DNA from: an uncultured Mycoplasma sp.
GTDB taxonomy: Bacteria > Bacillota_I > Bacilli_A > RF39 > UBA660
Length of the DNA stretch: 55,050 nucleotides
Direction: 5' to 3'
Assembly: GCA_964345805.1 (NCBI GenBank)
Contig: CAYFSK010000001.1
Location: 1 to 55,050, forward strand
This document shows positions 19,376 to 28,413 of this stretch, in pieces. A program made the translations under genes and the position numbers. Below the pieces are notes generated by a model. It searched no databases. It worked only from the letters and a program-made list of their open reading frames with translations, and was not told the origin of the DNA. Position 1 is the first letter of the stretch. Each line of letters opens with the position of its first letter.

Positions 19376-19912
19376 ATGAATAATTTAGAATTAATCCATG
19401 CATCAAGTGCTGATCAATATGTAGATGCCATAGTAAATGCAGCTAATAAAAGTTTGCTAGCTGGTTCTGGAATATGTGGTGCAATATTTAAAAAAGCTGG
19501 ATATGAAGAGTTAACACTTGCATGTAGTAAAATTAAAACTCCTTTAAATGATGGCGATGCTGTAATTACACCAGCTTTTGGTATTGCTAATGCAAAGTAT
19601 ATAATTCATGCTGTTGGACCTAATTTTGCAATAACTAAAAATGCTAATGATAAACTTTATTTAGCCTATTATAATTCTTTAAATTTATTAAAAAAATATA
19701 ACTTACATTCAATATCATTTCCTTTAATAAGCTCGGGCATTTATGGTTACGGACTTGATAACCCAGTAGAAAATTCTACTAAGGAATGTATAAAAGCTTA
19801 TAATGATTTTACAGATACAAATCAAGATTATTATATTGATGTTAAACTTTGTGCATATTCACCCGAAGAATATCTTGAAGCACAAAGATTATTTGAATCT
19901 AAAGAAAGATAA
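19376..19912 (+). CDS. Macro-domain protein (ADP-ribose / O-acetyl-ADP-ribose binding or hydrolase type)
   Basis: Start set at MNNLELIH (ATG 19376) after AGGTGAT. IVNAAN and SSGIYGYG macro-domain motifs present. Confidence 0.8.
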   Translation: MNNLELIHASSADQYVDAIVNAANKSLLAGSGICGAIFKKAGYEELTLACSKIKTPLNDGDAVITPAFGIANAKYIIHAVGPNFAITKNANDKLYLAYYNSLNLLKKYNLHSISFPLISSGIYGYGLDNPVENSTKECIKAYNDFTDTNQDYYIDVKLCAYSPEEYLEAQRLFESKER

Positions 19913-19932
19913 AAGCAAGTTATTAACTTGCT

Positions 19933-22260
19933 TTATTTAATTATTTCAAAACCTTTTTCTTCAATATAAGTTATAAATTTATCTTGGAAAGACTGTAAAT
20001 CATTTTGATCAAGGGTTTTGTTTTTATGAGCTACTTCATATCTAATATTATATTTATTTTGGAATTTACCAAGTAAATAATATTCTTCAATTATTTTATC
20101 TTTAAAATCATCTAGTACAGTTACAAGGTCTATATATTTATATTTCTCAGGAACAATTATTGTATAATCTAAATTAACTTTTGGATATTTACTTATTTCT
20201 TTAACAATAATATTACTCTTTTTTAACTTAATATATTTATCAAAGTCAATTTCAATACTAACTAGTGCTTTTTTCTTAGCAAGCTTATTAGTATAGTTTT
20301 TATTAAGCATATTTATCTCACCATGCTTATTTCCTTCAATCACAATATTTTTACTTAAATTTTTATCATAATAATCTTTTACTTCATTATTTTTAACAAA
20401 ATTAACATCTTTATTTTTAAGAAGTCCATATAAATATATAACAACTTCTTTGGCATGATTATACATGTTTTCTATGTTTTTATCATCTCCAGCTATTATA
20501 ATACTAAGTCTTCTTTTATTAATGCAATCTTCGATTATTGTTCCTATTTCAAATATTGAAAAATTATTATAATTTTTAAAGTTTTCATTAACAATATTAA
20601 GTAGTGAAAAAGAAAGTTCATCTCTTAATATATTATTATGTTCTCTACAAAGTAATTTAACCCCGTTTTTAGCTATACATAGTTGTTTTAATATAGATGA
20701 ATCATACCATACATAACTATGTACCTCATGCATATTAAATTTTTCAGCAAGTAATTTTTTAGCTTGATATTCTTGTTCATATATATCTTCTTTTTTAGCA
20801 CTATCTAATTTTAAATTTAAAGGCTCTTCTTTAATATTTTCAAAGCCATGAATTCTAGCAATCTCTTCGATTAAATCTTCTGAAATACTAATATCTTTAC
20901 TATGTCTATATGTAGGAACTACTACATCATATAAATCATCTTTTACAGTTGCTTTAAATCCAAGATTTTCAAGTATTTCTTTAACTTCTTTATCATCAAG
21001 TTTTTTGCCCATATAAACAGCAAGCTTTTCTTTTGTTAAAGAAATATTACATTCTTTTAATACATTTGGATATATATCTGTAAGATTAGATGCTATAACC
21101 ATTTTAGGATTTTCTTTTTCTAATAAATAAGCAAGTCTTTTAATTGCTAAATCACACATGTTTGGATCAAGTGATTTTTCAAATCTTGCTGATGCCTCAG
21201 TCCTAAGACCCAAAGATATAGCTGTCTTTCTAATTGATGAGGCATTAAAATTAGCACTTTCAAGTATTATTGATGAAGTATCATCCATTATTTCACTATC
21301 AAGACCACCCATTACTCCAGCAATACCAATATATTCATTTTTATTTTTAATCATTAAAATATCTTTTGAAAGTTTTCTTTCAATTCCATCTAATGTTTTA
21401 TAAATATCCCCATCTTTTGCAACACCTATTTCTATTGATGAAACTTTTCTTGAATCAAAGGCATGCATTGGTTGACCGAGTTCAAGCATTAAAAAGTTTG
21501 TTAAATCAACTGTTAAAGATATTGATCTTAAGCCAACATAGTATAAAAAGATTTGCATATCAAGTGGAGTTTTATTATTAGTAATATTATCTATTTTTAA
21601 ACCACAATAACGATTACAAAGTTTTAAATCACTAATTTTAATATCTAAATCTTTACTATTATTTTTAATTTCTAATACTTCTAAAGGAAGTAATTTATTA
21701 CCTGTTAAAGCAGCAATTTCTCTTGCTATACCATAATGTCCCCATAAATCAGGACGATTAGTAAGAGATTTGTTATCTATCTCAACAATAATATCTTCAA
21801 TAGGAAGAATTTTCTTAACATCTTCTCCATTAACAAAATTGTTTGGAAATTCTAATATACCTTCATGACTATCAGATATCTTAAGTTCTTTAGCGCTACA
21901 ACACATTCCATAAGATTTTACTCCTCTAAGGGGTCTTGCTTTAATTTCCATTTCATCAATATGCCCACCAACTTTAACTAAAGCTGTTTTAAGTCCAACT
22001 CTAACATTTGGAGCACCACAAACAACTTGGATAAGCTCTTTTTCACCAATATCAAGTTTTAAAACATGCATATGATCTGAATCTGGATGCTTAACACACT
22101 CTTTTATTTCTGCTACTACCACATTATCAAAAGAGTTTCCAACTTCAGTTATACTTTCAACTTCTGCACATCTTATAGTAAATTTATTCCAAACTTCTTT
22201 AAAATCAATTTTATCACTATTACTTATATATTTTTTTAATCTATTACTTGAAATTAACAT
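19933..22260 (-). CDS. pheT: Phenylalanine--tRNA ligase beta subunit
   Basis: 775 aa with an N-terminal tRNA-binding OB domain, followed by B3/4, B5 and C-terminal anticodon-binding-like regions. Immediately downstream of pheS. Confidence 0.93.
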   Translation of the reverse strand: MLISSNRLKKYISNSDKIDFKEVWNKFTIRCAEVESITEVGNSFDNVVVAEIKECVKHPDSDHMHVLKLDIGEKELIQVVCGAPNVRVGLKTALVKVGGHIDEMEIKARPLRGVKSYGMCCSAKELKISDSHEGILEFPNNFVNGEDVKKILPIEDIIVEIDNKSLTNRPDLWGHYGIAREIAALTGNKLLPLEVLEIKNNSKDLDIKISDLKLCNRYCGLKIDNITNNKTPLDMQIFLYYVGLRSISLTVDLTNFLMLELGQPMHAFDSRKVSSIEIGVAKDGDIYKTLDGIERKLSKDILMIKNKNEYIGIAGVMGGLDSEIMDDTSSIILESANFNASSIRKTAISLGLRTEASARFEKSLDPNMCDLAIKRLAYLLEKENPKMVIASNLTDIYPNVLKECNISLTKEKLAVYMGKKLDDKEVKEILENLGFKATVKDDLYDVVVPTYRHSKDISISEDLIEEIARIHGFENIKEEPLNLKLDSAKKEDIYEQEYQAKKLLAEKFNMHEVHSYVWYDSSILKQLCIAKNGVKLLCREHNNILRDELSFSLLNIVNENFKNYNNFSIFEIGTIIEDCINKRRLSIIIAGDDKNIENMYNHAKEVVIYLYGLLKNKDVNFVKNNEVKDYYDKNLSKNIVIEGNKHGEINMLNKNYTNKLAKKKALVSIEIDFDKYIKLKKSNIIVKEISKYPKVNLDYTIIVPEKYKYIDLVTVLDDFKDKIIEEYYLLGKFQNKYNIRYEVAHKNKTLDQNDLQSFQDKFITYIEEKGFEIIK

Positions 22261-22270
22261 TATACCCTCC

Positions 22271-23278
22271 TTAATTTATCTTAAAGGTTTCTAAATAACG
22301 AATATCACCGCTATTTAGGATTCTTATATCATTAATTTTATATTTCATCATGGCAAGTCTAGTAAGACCAATACCAAAGGCAAAGCCATTATATTCCTCT
22401 GGATCTATATTACCCGCTTTAAGTACATTGGGATGAATCATTCCACAAGGACATAACTCAAGCCATCCTGTTCCTTTACAAGTAGGACACCCTTTTCCAT
22501 CACATATTGCACATGAACAATCAAGTTCAAAAGAAGGCTCTGTAAATGGGAAGAAACCTGGCCTTAATCTTACTTCAATATTCTTATTAAATATTTCTCT
22601 TAAAATTGTTTTCATGGTAAAAATAAGATTACCAATTGAAATGTTTTTATCAATAACCATTCCTTCAAGTTGAAAGAATGTATTTTCATGACATGCATCT
22701 AAATCTTCATTTCTAAATGTTCTTCCCGGAGCACAAATTCTAAGTGGTGCTCCATATTTTTCTAAAGCCCTAATTTGAATATCACTAGTTTGAGTTCTAA
22801 GAAGCATTCCATTTTCTAAATAGTATGTATCTTGTGAATCTCTTGCTGGGTGATCTTCAGGAACATTTAAGGCAATAAAGTTGTAGTAATCAGTTGACAT
22901 TTCAGGTCCACTTACTACAGTAAAACCTATTCTTTCAAGCACATCTGTAACTTCTTTAGCAACAATTGTTACTGGATGAAGTGATCCATAATGCATTTTA
23001 TAATGAGTTGTATCATCAAAATCAATTTTAACTGAAGTTTCTAGTTCTTCATGTTTATCTTTGATTAACTGTTCCATTTCTTTTTTAATATCATTAATTA
23101 TTTTTCCATTTTTCTTCTTTTCTTCAATTGTCATATCTTTTAATGATGATAATATTCCTATTATTTGACTTTTCTTACCAATATATTCCGATTTTATATT
23201 AAGTAGTGTTGCCTCATCTTTACAATTCTCTAACTTTAATATTAGTTCTTCTTTAATTTGTGTTAATTTTCCTTCCAT
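22271..23278 (-). CDS. pheS: Phenylalanine--tRNA ligase alpha subunit
   Basis: 335 aa with class II aaRS motifs (FRNEDLDACHENTFFQLEG, GFAFGIGLTRL). Confidence 0.95.
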   Translation of the reverse strand: MEGKLTQIKEELILKLENCKDEATLLNIKSEYIGKKSQIIGILSSLKDMTIEEKKKNGKIINDIKKEMEQLIKDKHEELETSVKIDFDDTTHYKMHYGSLHPVTIVAKEVTDVLERIGFTVVSGPEMSTDYYNFIALNVPEDHPARDSQDTYYLENGMLLRTQTSDIQIRALEKYGAPLRICAPGRTFRNEDLDACHENTFFQLEGMVIDKNISIGNLIFTMKTILREIFNKNIEVRLRPGFFPFTEPSFELDCSCAICDGKGCPTCKGTGWLELCPCGMIHPNVLKAGNIDPEEYNGFAFGIGLTRLAMMKYKINDIRILNSGDIRYLETFKIN

Positions 23279-23480
23279 ATAATCCTCCTAAAAAATAAAA
23301 ATCATAAACTAATTTGTTAAGGACGAGAATAATCCCGCGGTACCACCTTAGTTCATGATTTATCATACACTTTAAACTTTAACGCTGCTAAGCGGTATAT
23401 ACTCCTTATTTGAATTTCGTACTTACTTTTTAATGATTTCACCATTTCATTAATCTCTTTTATTAGTTTTCCTACTTAGA
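23279..23480 (-). promoter_or_regulatory. T-box leader (Phe specifier UUC) controlling pheST
   Basis: On the minus strand the T-box sequence AAGGTGGTACCGCGGGAT lies at 23350..23332. The specifier-loop context is AGTACGAAATTCAAATAAGG, with UUC at 23414..23412 followed by A. A terminator helix (AATCATGAACTAA / TTAGTTTATGATT) plus T-run precedes the SD. Confidence 0.85.
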
Positions 23481-23497
23481 ATAATTCATCGTATATC

Positions 23498-24037
23498 TTA
23501 ATAATTTACTGCTTTTAATTCCATATAGCTTTCTGGATGTTTACATACAGGACATACTTTTAAAGCATCTTTACCATAATATACATGTCCACAGTTTCTA
23601 CATATCCAAATAACTTCTTGTCCTCTATGAAAAACTTCATCTTTTTCTATTCTATTTACTAGTTCAAGATATCTTTCTTCATGATGTTTTTCAATTTCTG
23701 CTACTTGCTCAAAAAGAAGTGCAATTTCTTTAAATCCTTCTTCTCTAGCTACTTCTGCAAATCCCTTATACATTTCTGTCCACTCATAATTTTCTCCTTG
23801 AGCTGCATCTTTTAAGTTTTCTAAAGTTGAAGGTATATCGCCACCATTTAATTCTTTAAACCATAATTTAGCATGTTCTTTTTCATTATTTGCTGTTTCT
23901 TCAAAGATAGCTGCAATTTGCTCATATCCTTCTTTTCTAGCCTTACTAGCGTAATATGAATATTTATTTCTAGCTTGACTTTCTCCTGAAAAAGCAGTCA
24001 TTAAATTTTGCTCTGTTTTACTTCCTTTTAATTCCAT
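23498..24037 (-). CDS. rbr: Rubrerythrin
   Basis: 179 aa with a ferritin-like diiron domain (ExxH pairs) and a C-terminal rubredoxin-like CRNCGH...CPVCKH. Confidence 0.9.
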   Translation of the reverse strand: MELKGSKTEQNLMTAFSGESQARNKYSYYASKARKEGYEQIAAIFEETANNEKEHAKLWFKELNGGDIPSTLENLKDAAQGENYEWTEMYKGFAEVAREEGFKEIALLFEQVAEIEKHHEERYLELVNRIEKDEVFHRGQEVIWICRNCGHVYYGKDALKVCPVCKHPESYMELKAVNY

Positions 24038-24087
24038 GATATCTCCTTTTCAAATCATTTTTAGTTTAGCACATTCGTTATTTATAG

Positions 24088-25194
24088 TCAATTAACACCT
24101 TGATTATTATTTATTTTTTCATTAATATATTTTTTAAATTCAACTACCATACTTAAAATAAATTTAACTTCCTCTGTACAAAGTGTTTGCTCTTTATAAT
24201 AATTATCATTTTCAAACACTATGTCGCTATAATTTAATCCTTCAGGAATATCTGTAGGCAAGATGTTTCTAGTTCCTAAAACAACATCATAAAGATCAAA
24301 GAAAGCTCTAAGTCTATTATCCCATTTACCTTTATAGAAAGTATTTTCACCTTGAATTTTCAAAGTAAATTCATTTCTTAAAACACTTATTTTTCCATAA
24401 GTAACAAATCTTTTATCATTATAAAAATATCTGCCTACTAATATGTTTTCTATTTTATTTAATAAATCTAAATAAAGTTCATTAGGTATTTTAAATGCTT
24501 CATAACCTTCTATATCTTCAGTAAACTTCTTAAACATTGAAAGTAATTCCATCCTTTTTAATGGAATATATTCTTCTTTAGCATATGAAATTTGCTGTAA
24601 ACTTTTATTTTGCTTTTCAGCATCTTTTTTCATTCTAGTTATTTGAACTAGTTTAAAGATATCTTTAATTATGATAATAAGTGCTGGTAAAACAACTATT
24701 AATAGCCACCCTGCTTTACTTGCTACAAAAAATTGTAATCTTCCTAAATAAGGTAGTTTATATACTACTTTACCTACTACATTTTCATATAAAGCTGGTC
24801 CTTCATCATCAACAAAATTATTATCTCCTTTTGTCATATATTGATATCTTCCATCAATTAAATATACCTTTTTAATACGATGAGTAACTGTAAGACCTAA
24901 ACTCGAAGGACATGTTGATTTAAAGGTTATAATATCCCCTTCTTTTAAAGCTTTAGGATTATCAATTCTTTCATTTATTACCATATCATATACATTTATA
25001 TTAGGAACCATACTTCTACTTACTATTGTATACACAGTATATTTTGGAGGTTTACCAGTAATTTTATATACAACTTTAACAGATATAAAATACCATACTA
25101 AGATAACTCCAAGAATTAATAAGACAATAAAAAGAGTCCATGTTAAGACTGTAGATATATAATTAAATATAGACTTTAATTTCTCTTTTGTCAT
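24088..25194 (-). CDS. SipW-type (ER/archaeal-type, S26B) signal peptidase I with a ~188-aa C-terminal extension
   Basis: N-terminal TM, SRSMVP box, GDIITF, VTHRI (His rather than the Lys of P-type SPases), TKGDNN and a second TM. About 188 further residues have no recognisable motif. Confidence 0.75.
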   Translation of the reverse strand: MTKEKLKSIFNYISTVLTWTLFIVLLILGVILVWYFISVKVVYKITGKPPKYTVYTIVSRSMVPNINVYDMVINERIDNPKALKEGDIITFKSTCPSSLGLTVTHRIKKVYLIDGRYQYMTKGDNNFVDDEGPALYENVVGKVVYKLPYLGRLQFFVASKAGWLLIVVLPALIIIIKDIFKLVQITRMKKDAEKQNKSLQQISYAKEEYIPLKRMELLSMFKKFTEDIEGYEAFKIPNELYLDLLNKIENILVGRYFYNDKRFVTYGKISVLRNEFTLKIQGENTFYKGKWDNRLRAFFDLYDVVLGTRNILPTDIPEGLNYSDIVFENDNYYKEQTLCTEEVKFILSMVVEFKKYINEKINNNQGVN

Positions 25195-25221
25195 TTATAG
25201 ACCCTTTTTATTCCTTTCGTT

Positions 25222-27108
25222 TTATTTTATTACTTCAATTTTAAACTTTCCTTGATAAGTTTTACCACTATCAATATTTTGGTTAACACCAGTTTCTTTA
25301 AAAGTAAACTTTAGTAAAAAACGAAGTGTTGTATTTTCCTTAACAGTTAAATTATCAAATAATACAGTATCTTTATAAGGAACTTTTAAATCTTTTTTAT
25401 ATGAAATCATGTTTCTATCAATAATATAACTAATATTATTAGCTTCTGTATAATTATTTGTAACATTACTCCATAGCATTTTAAATCTTAATGCCTGATC
25501 TGTTTCATTTTTAAGGATAATCATATAATTGCCGGTCCAACTAGGTACAATATCTGCAGCCGATATTTCTAGTGTATTTATAACATATGCATATTTTCCT
25601 TTTGGATCAGTTGTAACTGTTGAAATAACTCTAGTAATATCTTCATTTGCTGTATTATATAAATTTGTATCAGGACTAATATTGTTATCTGGTTTTCCAT
25701 CATTATTTGTATCAATATTATAATCAGGTTTTTTATCACCATCATAATCTATATTTACATCAGGAAGAGAATCCCCATTTAAATCAATATTATAATCAGG
25801 AATTAAATCACCATTAGTATCGCAGTTTAAATCACATTTTCCATCATAATCATAATCAATATTAATTAATATTTTAGGAATTACAGAATCATCAATAACG
25901 ACATTATGATCTTGAGTTCCATCGCCATTATAGTCGCATTTATTAATACAATTATTATCTTTATCAGTAATATTTAAATCTGGAATACCATCATTATTAT
26001 AGTCAATATTTATATCAGGAAATCCATCTCCATCTGTATCTTCATTTAAAATTGCTGGTTTTCCATTAATAGTTCCAGGTTTATTAATTGGATTTGTAAT
26101 TGTAGCTCCTCCGTCATGTGAAACATTTACATCACCAATACCATCACCATTTGTATCAATATTAATATATACACCTGGATTAACTTTTGGATATTTACAA
26201 AGTTTTTCATCATGATTTATTTTACAACTTATATCAATGTTTTTTCCTTCATCATAAGGAACCTTTTTAGACTCATCAACAGATATTCTTTCATTTATAA
26301 GACCACTATTTCCAGGAAGAGAAATATTATAATCTGGCCAACCATCGCCATCAATATCGCAGTTTAATTTACACTTATTATTTTTAGTTGCATCATTAAC
26401 TGGATTTTCTTTACCATCACCAGTATTAAAGGTAGGCTTTTCATTACCCATATAATCGATATTTTTTATTGGCTTATTTGAATCTTTTCCAGAAGTAATA
26501 TTTACATCAGGCTTTTTATCACCATCTAAATCAATATTAATATCTCTAATCGCATCGCCATTTATATCACAATTTAAGTCACATTTATTATCAACTCTCG
26601 GATTAATCACTATGTTTATATCAGCAATTCCATCACCATCTAAATCTAAATTATAATCTGGCCAACCATCATTATCAGCATCACAGTTCATAACACAGTA
26701 TGTATTTGTTTCATCCATTTGATTTATTTTATTGAAAATAAATGTTCCATCACCATATACATCTATATTAAAATAAGCTATTTCATCATTACCATAGTCT
26801 ATATTATACTTAGGTTTACAGTTATCTCCATCAGTAACGTTAACATTTGGAAATTGACTATTTTTTGTTTTAAGATTAACTCTTTTACAATTAGTCTCAC
26901 TATCAATTGTTCCTCTTGCATATTCTTTATATACATAAACGGTTGCATAAGAAATAACTACTATAAAAATAATAAATAAAAGTAGTAGTAGTATATAATA
27001 AATTGCATTTCTCTTTTTATAATTTGCTTTTTTTTCATCTTCTAAAATAGCAATTTGATTTTCAAAATCACTAGGCTCATTTAGAATCTTCTTTTCTTCT
27101 TCACTCAT
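25222..27108 (-). CDS. Membrane-anchored/secreted Asp-rich calcium-binding-repeat protein with a C-terminal beta-rich domain
   Basis: 628 aa with one N-terminal hydrophobic helix, about 14 DxDxDG-type loops and a ~130-aa Asp-poor C-terminal domain. AGGAG SD present. Confidence 0.7.
   Translation of the reverse strand: MSEEEKKILNEPSDFENQIAILEDEKKANYKKRNAIYYILLLLLFIIFIVVISYATVYVYKEYARGTIDSETNCKRVNLKTKNSQFPNVNVTDGDNCKPKYNIDYGNDEIAYFNIDVYGDGTFIFNKINQMDETNTYCVMNCDADNDGWPDYNLDLDGDGIADINIVINPRVDNKCDLNCDINGDAIRDINIDLDGDKKPDVNITSGKDSNKPIKNIDYMGNEKPTFNTGDGKENPVNDATKNNKCKLNCDIDGDGWPDYNISLPGNSGLINERISVDESKKVPYDEGKNIDISCKINHDEKLCKYPKVNPGVYINIDTNGDGIGDVNVSHDGGATITNPINKPGTINGKPAILNEDTDGDGFPDINIDYNNDGIPDLNITDKDNNCINKCDYNGDGTQDHNVVIDDSVIPKILINIDYDYDGKCDLNCDTNGDLIPDYNIDLNGDSLPDVNIDYDGDKKPDYNIDTNNDGKPDNNISPDTNLYNTANEDITRVISTVTTDPKGKYAYVINTLEISAADIVPSWTGNYMIILKNETDQALRFKMLWSNVTNNYTEANNISYIIDRNMISYKKDLKVPYKDTVLFDNLTVKENTTLRFLLKFTFKETGVNQNIDSGKTYQGKFKIEVIK
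25668..26718 (-). repeat. In-frame coding repeats: ~14 copies of a 12-residue [C/I]-D-x-[D/N]-x-D-x-x-x-D-x-N loop
   Basis: Examples are CDADNDGWPDYN, LDLDGDGIADIN, CDIDGDGWPDYN, IDTNGDGIGDVN, EDTDGDGFPDIN, CDTNGDLIPDYN and IDYDGDKKPDYN. Cys-containing and Ile-containing units alternate. Confidence 0.8.
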
Positions 27109-27134
27109 ATATTAACGCTCCTTATTGTAATTAG

Positions 27135-27163
27135 ATTATAACATATTAAACAATGCAGTACAA
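27135..27163 (-). promoter_or_regulatory. Strong sigma-A-type promoter for the repeat-protein/SipW operon
   Basis: TTGTAC (27163..27158) - N17 - TATAAT (27140..27135) with a TG extension (TGtTATAAT) on the minus strand. Confidence 0.6.
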
Positions 27164-27174
27164 TAAAATAAAGA

Positions 27175-27200
27175 AGAAAAAAGAAGCCTTAAAAGCTTCT
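27175..27200 (-). terminator. Intrinsic terminator of the ftsEX-M23 operon
   Basis: AGAAGC-TTTTAAG-GCTTCT followed by TTTTT on the minus strand, overlapping the TAG stop. Confidence 0.6.
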
Positions 27201-28413
27201 AGTATCTAGTATAATACCATTGCTGCCACGCAGGCATCATTGGTGGTTGAATACTTTTAGAAATAAAAGTATTGTAATTACTATAACCATCTGGTCCATA
27301 TCCTAAGTAAAATCCTTTAGCAATACCAAAATGTAAATGCCATCCCGTAGAGCAATTATCCCAGCCACCATTTCTAAGTAGAGTAAATCCTCCACCACCA
27401 AGTGTACCAATAATATCTTGATTAGTAACTTGCTGACCAACTCTAACATTTATTGAAGCAAGGTGAGCATACTGAACTGTATAAGCCGCTCCTCTTACTC
27501 TAACATGAAGAAGAACTTGATTACCACCACATCTTGCTTTATATATTGTTGCAGCAACTGTACCAGATGCAACTGCATATACAGGAGACTGAGCTGGTAT
27601 TCCTGCTACATCAGAACCTGGATGAAAATCTGAATATGGTCTGCCATTTAGATAAAATGATCGATATCCAAATCCTGATGATATTAATCCTTTAGTAGTA
27701 GGTCTAAGCCACTTTGCATTATTTGCAACATCTGCAAGACATGCCTTTAACATTTGATCATCTTTACAACCTAAAGACTCATAATAATTAATTAATTCTT
27801 GTTGAGCTTTAATTTGATCTTGAATATCTATTGATACTTTAGATAATGATGATAAATCACTTTCTAAACCTTCAATACTTTTTTCATATATACCAATACT
27901 TCTTTCAAGTTCAACTTCTTTTTGAGCAAGTTCAATTTGTAATTTTTCATTTTCATCAATTAATTCTTCTAAAGTTTTTAATTTTTCTTTATTATAATCA
28001 ATTATTTTTACAGTTGCATCTCTTCTTAAAACCATTTCGGCAACATTTTCTGAACCAGTCATAAACTCAAGTGTTGCATTAGTTTCAACTATTTTTTGAT
28101 AGAAAACTAAAAGTTCTTTAGTTTCATTTTTTGTACTATCAATTTTTTTATTTATTTCATTAATTTTATTCTTAGCAACCTCTATATCATTTTCTGCTTG
28201 CCTGATTTGATTATTAGCATTGATAATCTTTAATTTCTGATTATTAATCTCTCCTTCAGTTCTCTTTTTAGAATAATAATTATTTGACTGCTTCTTTTTT
28301 AAATTAGCAAGTTCCACTTTTAATTCACCCAAAGTGTTTGCCTCAGCATTTACATTAGGTATAAAACCAAATAATAAACTAATAATAACAATTATATTTA
28401 TAACCTTTTTCAT
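27199..28413 (-). CDS. Coiled-coil M23 metallopeptidase (EnvC/PcsB-like partner of FtsEX)
   Basis: 404 aa with a signal peptide, a ~200-aa heptad-rich coiled coil and a C-terminal M23/LytM domain (HPGSDV..., HLHFGI). ATGA overlap with the ftsX stop. Confidence 0.8.
   Translation of the reverse strand: MKKVINIIVIISLLFGFIPNVNAEANTLGELKVELANLKKKQSNNYYSKKRTEGEINNQKLKIINANNQIRQAENDIEVAKNKINEINKKIDSTKNETKELLVFYQKIVETNATLEFMTGSENVAEMVLRRDATVKIIDYNKEKLKTLEELIDENEKLQIELAQKEVELERSIGIYEKSIEGLESDLSSLSKVSIDIQDQIKAQQELINYYESLGCKDDQMLKACLADVANNAKWLRPTTKGLISSGFGYRSFYLNGRPYSDFHPGSDVAGIPAQSPVYAVASGTVAATIYKARCGGNQVLLHVRVRGAAYTVQYAHLASINVRVGQQVTNQDIIGTLGGGGFTLLRNGGWDNCSTGWHLHFGIAKGFYLGYGPDGYSNYNTFISKSIQPPMMPAWQQWYYTRY

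Noticed and set aside
25668-26718. Periodic DNA repeats that could be mistaken for a CRISPR-like or tandem non-coding array
   Set aside because: The periodicity is in-frame within a long ORF (Asp/Asn/Gly codon repeats). The units are degenerate at the DNA level, and no spacer-repeat regularity or cas genes are present.
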